Origin: Chiloscyllium plagiosum
Lineage: Eukaryota
NCBI RefSeq assembly: GCF_004010195.1
Contig: NC_057759.1
Coordinates: 3,329,878 to 3,390,842 of the forward strand
DNA: 60,965 bases
Reading direction: 5' to 3'
Positions 52,781 to 60,965 of this stretch are shown piece by piece. The notes beneath the pieces are model-generated. The model searched no databases and was not told the origin of the DNA. It worked only from the letters and a program-made list of their open reading frames with translations. Each line of letters begins with the position of its first letter. Positions within the stretch are counted from its first letter, which is position 1. The translations under genes were made by a program, and so were the position numbers.

Positions 52781-53065
52781 TCCTAGTGAGCTGTCCATCC
52801 ATCAACTCCGACCTGAAGGGCTCCACTGTATCCGTTGGTGACCGCTTTACCGTCCGGTGTACCTCAGAAAGAGGGACGCTCCCTCACTTGCTGTACCGTC
52901 GTCGTTATGAGCTCCCGGGTAACACGACACTCATTGACTTCAGGACAGCCACTTTCCATGTTACCGTGCTATCTGAAGAGGAGGATGCCGTGTACTCCTG
53001 TGGTGCTGAAAATGCCGTTACCCGTGTTGTCAACTATAGTGAGCCACTCACCCTCACTTTGTCAG
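52781..53065 (+). CDS. Ig domain 4 exon, open, FCRL/PECAM-type
   Basis: Acceptor ttcctag and donor G|gtatgg; VSCPSI..VGDRFTVRCTSERGTLP..DAVYSCGAENAV..SEPLTLTLS; 285 nt. Confidence 0.92.
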
Positions 53066-56000
53066 GTATGGATCAACATTGTAGATTGCAATGTTGTCTG
53101 AAGGGCCAATCAAATTCTGTTAACTTGCAGACAAAAGGCGGGGAACCGACTCAGTACTTAAATCAACAAACTCTTCTTTATTTAACCTTTCAGATAGCAG
53201 CGCTCAACATAAAACATGCATTCACTTCTTACCTCATCTGACTTAACTTCAGCTTTAACTCACTCCATTTAGCTTTAGTTTGCTTGATTTAATTGACATT
53301 CAACCCTAACTCAATACATTTGGCATCAGTCAAAGACTGATTGAGTTACTGTAGAGCTTGCCTTGTGATTCTTTGTTTGCTCTGAAGATCACTTCAGGGC
53401 ACATACAGATCGTTTTGCTATAATGCATGTTTCATGGACAGAATTTGCTGTAACACCATTGACAAATTGGGGCATTATTTTTAAAGTGTGAACTTTTAAA
53501 ATGTGTGTTGGCTGTAACGCAATTACTCACCAACATATTAAGCATTGTTTCTAAAGAGAGATTTTCCGATATTGTGGGCTTGCACAAGAACCTGAATATT
53601 GGTCTCCAGCGCTCCTCATGAGAAGTCCTTTACTTCCCTCATTTTATCTCAAAGTGTGCTCCTCCTTCCAGAATTTCCCTGGTGGTCAGCCAAAGAATTG
53701 GTCAAATCCTGACCACATTGTTTCAACTCAGCTGAAGAGTTTTACTGAGTCACACAGAACTGAATCAGGGCTTTCAGCCCAACTAAGCCATGCTGGCCAG
53801 ATTTTTTAAACTAAACTTGTCCTGTTTGCCTGCCTCTCAACCTGTCCTATTTATGTACCTGTTGAATTTTTAAAAAAAATGTTGTAACTGTGCCTGCATC
53901 TGCCACTTCCTCTGGCAGCTCATTGCATTCACGCATCATCATCATCCAAGCAAAAAAGTTACTCCTCACAGACCTTTTAAATCATTCCCCCTCAGCTTAA
54001 ACTTGTGCCCTCTATTTAGGACTCCCCCACCAGGGATAAACACCTTTACTATTCACCTTTCTATGCCCTTCATGTTGAATTACCCCTCGACTTCCTACAC
54101 TACAGGGAAAAGAGTCCCAGCCTGTCCTGATAGTTCAAACCCTCCAATCTCAGTAATATCCATGTTAATCTTCTGCATTCTTTACAATTTAATAACAACT
54201 TTCCTACAGGAGGGTGACCAATTCTGTACACAGTACGCTAAAAGTTGCCTCATCAATGTCCTGTATAAACGCAACATGATGCCTCAACCCCTACACTTTC
54301 AACTACCACATTCTTCCTGTGTCTGTGTGGTTTTCCTCCGGGTGCTCTGGTTTCTTCCCATAGTCCAAAGATGTGCAGGTCGGATGAATTGGCTATGCCA
54401 AATTGCTCATAGATTTAGGAGCATTAGTCAGAGGGAAATGAGTCTAGGTGGGTTATTCTTCGTAGGACCGGTGTGGACTTGGGCCTGTTTCCACACTGTA
54501 GGGAATCTAATCATCTCCTGATTGTCCCCAGCCTTAATTTAAACCATCTGCTTGTTGAAACTTTTCCTTCTTTTGAAAATGAAGCATCCAGTCCTCATAG
54601 TTGATATCATGGAAATGAGTGACNNNNNNNNNNNNNNNNNNNNNNNNNNNNNNNNNNNNNNNNNNNNNNNNNNNNNNNNNNNNNNNNNNNNNNNNNNNNN
54701 NNNNNNNNNNNNNNNNNNNNNNNNNNNNNNNNNNNNNNNNNNNNNNNNNNNNNNNNNNNNNNNNNNNNNNNNNNNNNNNNNNNNNNNNNNNNNNNNNNNN
54801 NNNNNNNNNNNNNNNNNNNNNNNNNNNNNNNNNNNNNNNNNNNNNNNNNNNNNNNNNNNNNNNNNNNNNNNNNNNNNNNNNNNNNNNNNNNNNNNNNNNN
54901 NNNNNNNNNNNNNNNNNNNNNNNNNNNNNNNNNNNNNNNNNNNNNNNNNNNNNNNNNNNNNNNNNNNNNNNNNNNNNNNNNNNNNNNNNNNNNNNNNNNN
55001 NNNNNNNNNNNNNNNNNNNNNNNNNNNNNNNNNNNNNNNNNNNNNNNNNNNNNNNNNNNNNNNNNNNNNNNNNNNNNNNNNNNNNNNNNNNNNNNNNNNN
55101 NNNNNNNNNNNNNNNNNNNNNNNATTCTTCTATGTTCTATGTTCTATGTTCTAAACAATCACTTTGCATGTTCTGTATAAGGTACAAGTAGTTCTGGGAT
55201 AATGCGCATTTCTGTAGCGGGATTTGGCTTTGAAGAATTACAGAACGGTATTTTCAAGAACGCGTACCTCTGTTCACAGTAGCATAATTCCAGCAGGGAT
55301 CGGTTTGGACACTTTGTTCTGTGCATGCATGATGTCCATGCCAGTCTTTGTGCTGTTCTGCCCATGGTTTCCACAGAAATCATGTGCCATTCTGCACGTG
55401 TACCGACGTCCACGCCAAAGTCTCTGTGTGGCTCTGTGCATGCACAATGTCAGGTGCTGGTCTTTGTTTCATTTTGCACGTGCACCGATGACCCCAAGGT
55501 GTTCTGTGCATGTGTGATGTCAGGCCCAGTCTTTGTGCGGTATTGCACATGTTCCAATGTCCGCTGCTAACAGAGCAGCTTTCTGTGAGAAGTACTGTGT
55601 AGAGAACAGCTTACATTTTTGATTGCACGTTTTTGATTAAATTTACTTTAGTTTCATTAATAAATATGGTTTCAACCTTCATTCAGGCTGTGCTATACGT
55701 TGCGTTAGATTTTTGGGTGACTTATAAGAGATCATGCGTAATTGTTTTTGCTGGTGTGCCCCAACTCTACTTTTCCCATCAGCCACATTGTTTCTATTAA
55801 ATTGTTTTCTATTAGGAAGGTTTCGATAGAATGTAACTATAGCGTTATGAGAGAACTAATTGTAATATGGTCTGTCTCAGTGACACCCTGGCACTTGTCT
55901 CATTCGGCCAAGGTCAGAAGTCAGATGACACCAGCTTAGAATCCAACAGGTTTATTTGAAATCACAAGCTTTTGGAGCATTACCCCTTCGTAAGGTACTG

Positions 56001-56295
56001 CTCCCGCTCCCCCATCTCATTCTTGCTCCTTTCCCAAGTGGGAACAGCTTCTCCGTATTGACTCTGTTCCAACTCTCCCTCCTTGCCCCCACGCATGATT
56101 TTAAAAATCTCTCTTCACACAAACACACATCCTTCTCTTCTCCCAGAGTGAACAGTACCCAATTCTTTGATCGATTCACATGGCTGAATTTTCTCATGCC
56201 TGGAACTGTTCTTGAAAACTGCTTCTGTAGTCTCTCTCTCTGAAATGACCATAACATTTCCTATGGTGCCCATAACGGTATACAATATTACAGCT

Positions 56296-56622
56296 GGGGC
56301 AGCAAGATGACTCAGTGGTTAGCACTGCTGCCTCACAGCGCCAGGGACCCAGGTTCGATTCCAGCCTCGGGTGACTGTGCAAACTCCACACAGACATTCT
56401 CCCCGTGTCTGCGTGGATTTCCTCCGGCTACTGTGGTTTCCTCACACAGTCCAAAGATGTGAAGGTCAGGTGGATTGGCTATGCTAAATTGTCCATAGTG
56501 TTGGGTACATTATTCAGGAGTAAGTGTAAGGAAATGGGTCTGGATTGGTTACTCTTTGGAGGGTCAGTGTGGACTCGTTGGGCTGAAGAGCCTGTTTCCA
56601 CACTGTAGGTAATCTGATCTAA
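56296..56622 (+). mobile_element. HE1-type SINE
   Basis: ctcagtggttagcactgctgcctcacagcgccagggacccaggttcgattcc head and SINE tail. Confidence 0.86.
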
Positions 56623-57696
56623 CTGGTGTTGTGTATAATTTCAACATCACTTATGGCTCTTGGACTCTGCACCCAATTAGTAAAGCTGAGGACACTGAGC
56701 TTTATTAACTGCTGTCCCTCTGATCTGTCACCTTCAGTGATCTGTGCACATATACCCCCCAGCTCTCCCTGCTCATACACCTCCCTTTAGAGTTGTACCT
56801 CCCTGTTTTATATTGTCTTTCAATGTACTTCCCACCAAATTGCATCACTTCACACTTCCCTCTACATCGAACTGGACCTGTCACCAATCTACCCACTCCA
56901 TCAATTTGTCAATGTCCTTTCAAAGTTCCACACTGTCCTCTTCACTGTTTATGATCCTCCCATGTTTTATGTCAGTTGCAAACTTGGAATTGGACCCCTG
57001 TGCTGCAAGATCCAGATCATTAATATATCAGGAGAAGTGAAGCTCCTAAAGGCATCCCCTGAAAAGCTCCACTAGAGACTTACTCTATCCCAAAAAATAT
57101 TCATCAACCATCACTCTCTGGTGCCAGTCACTTTTCCACATTTCTACTGTCTTCAGAATTCCACCATTTGCAGGGGAAACTTGTATCCTAGATGCAAGAA
57201 GGACGTTCCTGGTGATTGGGAGAGAGTCCGGAACCAGGAGTTCACAGGCTAAAGGTGATGAGATAGGACTGAGATGATGAAAAGTGTCTTCACCCAATGA
57301 ATAGAGTCCGTGGAATTCTTTACCACGGAAAGCCGAAGAATTTTATTTGTGCAGATTTGGAACAGAGGAGTAGGAATTCACTCCCCTCAGAGCATCTGCA
57401 GGATGCCAGGACACTGAATAAATTTCAGGAGGAGAAAGATTTTTAATCAGTGACGGGTTAAAGCGAGTGCTGGCAGGGAAGTGGAGTTGAGGCCAAGATT
57501 AGATCAATTGAGGTCATACGTATCGAATGGGAGGAGTAAATGGCCTACTCCTGCCCCTAAGTCTTATGTATCTGGTTCTCCCTGCATACTCTGCCATTTC
57601 AATAGGATCAGTTGCCTGCTTTCTCACTGAGCATGTTAAATTTAGTGATTCTGCGACAGTCAGAATGATCTTTCATTTCACGATTTTGTGTTCCAA

Positions 57697-57840
57697 ATCG
57701 CCCTGGGAATTTTGCCTTGATCGTTGGAGGTTCTGCTGTTGCTGCTGTTCTCCTCATCACTTTCCTGCTTCTGTTCGCTGTTTGCAGACTCCGTCAGAAA
57801 ATGGGAGTTCAGGATACCTCCAATTCCCACCCCAGCAGAG
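57697..57840 (+). pseudogene. Transmembrane exon with mutated acceptor
   Basis: RPGNFALIVGGSAVAAVLLITFLLLFAVCRLRQK: an uncharged TM with a basic stop-transfer. The expected ttccag reads ttccaa (57691-57696); donor G|gtcagt at 57841. Confidence 0.82.
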
Positions 57841-58027
57841 GTCAGTTTGTGACTAGGCACGTGAGAGATAAAGGCAGCACTTCCTTGTATAGCTGCTGGT
57901 AAAAGTACGGATCGGTGCTTGGCCCACTGTTGTTTGTCATATATACATATAAAAGATTTAGGAAGTATTGTTCATACATTTGTGATTGGCACCAAAACCC
58001 GTGATACAGTCAGCAGTGAAGAAGGTT

Positions 58028-59061
58028 CAAAGTTTGTGAAAAGATTTGTAGCTCGGGTGTTCGTTGTGGTTCTGTTCACTGAGCTGGGAATTTGTGTTAT
58101 GACATTTCATCCCCTTTCTAGGTGACATCCTCAGTGCTTGGGAGCCTCTTATGAAGCGCTGTGATCTTTCCTCCAGCACTTGGAGTGGTTTGAATCTGCC
58201 GCTGCCGGTTGTCAGTTCCAGCTGTCCGTTGTGGCCGGTATATTGGGTACAGGTCGATATGCTTATTGATTGAATCTGTGGATGAGTGCCATGCCTCTAG
58301 GAATTCCCTGTCTGTTCTCTGTTTGGCTTGTCCTATAATAGTAGTGTTGTCCCAGTTGAATTCATGTTGCTTGTCATCTGCGTGTGTGGCTACTAAGGAT
58401 AGCTGGTCGTGTCGTTTCGTGGCTAGTTGGTGTTCATGGATGCGGATCGTTAGCTATCTTCCTGTTTATCCTATGTAGTGTTTTGTGCAGTCCTTGCATG
58501 GGATTTTGTAGACTACATTGGTTTTGCTCATGCTGGGTATCGGGTTCTTTGTTCTGGTGAGTTATTGTCTGAGAGTGGCTGTTGGTTTGTGTGCTGTTAT
58601 ATTAGTCCTAGTGGTCGCAGTAGTCTGGCTGTCAGTTCGGAAATGCTCTTGATGTATGGTAGTGTGGCTAGTCCTTTGGGTTGTGGCATGTCCTCGTTCC
58701 GTTGTCTTTCCCTTGGGCATCTGTTGATGAAATTGTGCGGGTATCCGTTTTTGGCTAATACATTGTATAGGTGTTCTTCTTCCTCTTTTTGCAGTTCTGG
58801 TGTACTGCAGTGTGTTGTGGCCCTTTTTGAATAGTGTCTTGATGCAACTTCTTTTGTGTGTGTTAGGGTGGTTGCTTTCGTAGTTCAGGACGTGCGGCTG
58901 TATGCAGGACAACCGGAAACGGCAGATTCAAACCACTACAAATGCCGGAGGAAAGATCACAGAAGCGCTTCACAGGAGGCTCCCAAGCACTGAGGATGTC
59001 ACCTAGACAGGGGACGAAACGTCTGCAACACAAATTCCCAGCTCAGCGAACAGAACCACAA
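58028..59061 (-). mobile_element. Penelope-like element with GIY-YIG endonuclease and inverted pLTR
   Basis: LNYESNHPNTHKRSCIKTL and NVVYKIPCKDCTKHYIG*TGR..RIHEH; inverted pLTR copy at ~58910-59061; 14-bp TSD cagtgaagaaggtt at 58014-58027 and 59062-59075. Confidence 0.93.
58990..59023 (+). ncRNA. Minimal hammerhead ribozyme core (second Penelope family)
   Basis: CTGAGGA-TGTCACCTAGACAGGGGAC-GAAACGTC. Confidence 0.7.
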
Positions 59062-59522
59062 CAGTGAAGAAGGTTATGTAACATTACCAAGCAATTTTGA
59101 TCAATTTGGGCAATGGACTGAGCAGTAGCAGATAAATGTGAAGTCAAGCATTTTGGTAAAACAAACAAGGACAAGACCAATACACTTAATAATAGGGGCC
59201 TGGGTCGTGTTGATGAACAGAGAGATTGAAGGGTTTAGTTACATAGTTTTGTGAAAGTAACTTCACCAAAAGACAGGGTGGTTAAGAAGGTGTTTGGCAC
59301 ATTTGCTTTCATCAAAGCATTGATCCCAATACCTCTCCACCTCTCCCTCTTTAGTTCTGATGGAGATTCACACTGGATCTGAAAAAATTTTCACTCTCTC
59401 TGTCTCTCCACAGATGTTGCCAGACGTGCTGAGTTTCTCCAGTGCTCTGTATTGGTTTCAGATCTCCAGAATTCTGCACTATGATATTTCTCAAACCTTA
59501 AAAATTGGGTTCTTTGTTTCAG

Positions 59523-59588
59523 ATGTCAGTGGTTCCACTTTTGGTGATATTATGTACTCTGCTGTTCAAGCGAACAGGAAAGAAGGAG
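59523..59588 (+). CDS. Cytoplasmic exon with ITIM (IMYSAV)
   Basis: Acceptor tttgtttcag and donor GAG|gtaacg; (D)VSGSTFGDIMYSAVQANRKEG; 66 nt, phase 1-1. Confidence 0.85.
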
Positions 59589-60779
59589 GTAACGTTTCAA
59601 AATAACTGTGCATTGCTCTGTCAGAAAGGAAACACAAGATTATATCTTCGAGGAATGGGATCCATTCAACTACAGGAACAGAACTAGGCCATTCAACTTA
59701 TCGAGTCTGTTCCACCATTCAACATAATTATGGATGATGTAATTAATCTCAACTCCATTTTCTCCCCATATCCCTCACTGCCCCTTTCTGTTTAAGAATC
59801 TCAGCCTTGGATATATTTCATGATCCAGTCTCGACTGACCTCTGCTGTAAAGAATTCCATAGATTCGCTCTCCTTGTCATCAAGAAATTCCTCCTCCCTT
59901 CCATCTTCAATGGGTGCCCCCATTTATTCTGAGGCAATGCCCTTCTGATCCCAGACTCACCCATACAAGGGGACACAACCTCTCTCTGCATTGCCCCTGT
60001 CAAGTCCCTCAAAGAATATTGAATAAGGTTGTCTCTTCTTCTAAACTCCAACCAGGACAGTCCCAACCGACTCCCTCATGGTACAGGCCTAACCTCATTC
60101 CTCATTAGACAGTCACTCTGTAGCTGGGATCATACCTTCTCTAAATTGCCTCCAATACCCAGATTATCTTTCCTCAGATATGGGCCCCCAAAACCTTATC
60201 CCAGGCATGGTCTGACTAGTGACTTGTACAGCTTTAGCAGAAGCACCCCCATTTTCATATGACATTCTCTTCGAAATAAAGGCCACAATCCATTTGCCTT
60301 CCCTATACACATTGGTGAGAAGGGGCATAGATGATTTTCTGGAAAGACTAAGAAAATCTGAAGCACAAAGTGGCTTGGGACTTCTAGATCAAGACTCTAT
60401 TCAGGTTAACGGGCCGTTTCAGTTGGCAGTTAGGAGGTCAAACGCAATGTTATCATTCATTTCAAGAGAGATAGAATACAAGAGCAGGGATATACTGCTG
60501 ATGCTGTCTAAGGCTCTTTTCAGACCATATTTGAAATATTACGAGCAGTTTTAGGCTCTGTATCTAAGGAAGCATGTACTAGCCTGATAGGAGCTTCAGA
60601 GGAGGTTGCCATGAAGTATCCTGGAGATGAAGGGCTTGTCAAATAAGATGCAATTGAGGATTCAGGGACTGCTCTTGATAAAGTTCAGAAGGATGAGGAT
60701 GATCAATTTGAAACTTACAGAATACTGAGAGGCTTGGATAAAGTGGACGTAGAGAAGATGTTTCCATGAGTGAAAGACA

Positions 60780-60965
60780 TGAGGAGCTGGAAATGTGTTG
60801 CTGGAAAAGCGCAGCAGGTCAGGCAGCATCCAAGGAACAGGAGAATCGACGTTTCGGGCATAAGCCCTTCAGGAATGAGGAAAGTTTGTCCAGCAGGCTA
60901 AGATAAAAGGTAGGGAGGAGGGACTTGGGGGAGGGGCGTCGGAAATGTGATAGGTGGAAAGAGGT
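60780..60965 (-). mobile_element. Penelope-like pLTR, cut by the window end
   Basis: gcagcaggtcaggcagcatcc..gacgtttcgggcataagcccttcagg. Confidence 0.8.

Larger units (their letters stand above)
32047..59588 (+). pseudogene. Fc-receptor-like/PECAM-type Ig-superfamily inhibitory receptor, probably a pseudogene; 3' end lies outside the window
   Basis: Eight colinear exons (leader, mini-exon, four Ig, TM, ITIM) with phase-1 donors, and disabling lesions in Ig1, Ig2 and the TM acceptor. Confidence 0.82.

Noticed and set aside
55300..55570. Cys-rich ORFs over a weak ~60-bp repeat
   Set aside because: A TG-rich degenerate tandem repeat with no domain pattern or splice sites.

Overview
Eukaryotic, repeat-rich genomic DNA from a cartilaginous fish, judged from HE1-type SINEs, CR1 LINEs and Penelope-like elements; it has three N-gaps. 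(1) A decayed, internally deleted class I (gamma/epsilon-like) endogenous retrovirus lies on the minus strand at ~4.2-12.3 kb. It has unusually long (~1.5 kb) LTRs and gag, RNaseH/integrase and env remnants. Ahead of the env SU core is a signal-peptide-led cysteine-rich ORF with a canonical calcium-binding-EGF motif (CTNTIGSYECSC), the most unusual item here. (2) A plus-strand Fc-receptor-like Ig-superfamily gene spans 32.0-59.6 kb and continues past the window: split leader exons, four Ig exons, a TM exon and an ITIM exon. It is disabled by frameshifts, stops and a lost acceptor. A probable terminal exon of a tandem paralogue sits at the window start. (3) Many Penelope-like insertions carry minimal hammerhead ribozyme cores, often as inverted hairpins with target-site duplications. 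(4) A second LTR-element remnant at ~49.5-52.2 kb, an inverted CR1 and several minisatellites complete the picture. Repeat boundaries are by eye and approximate.
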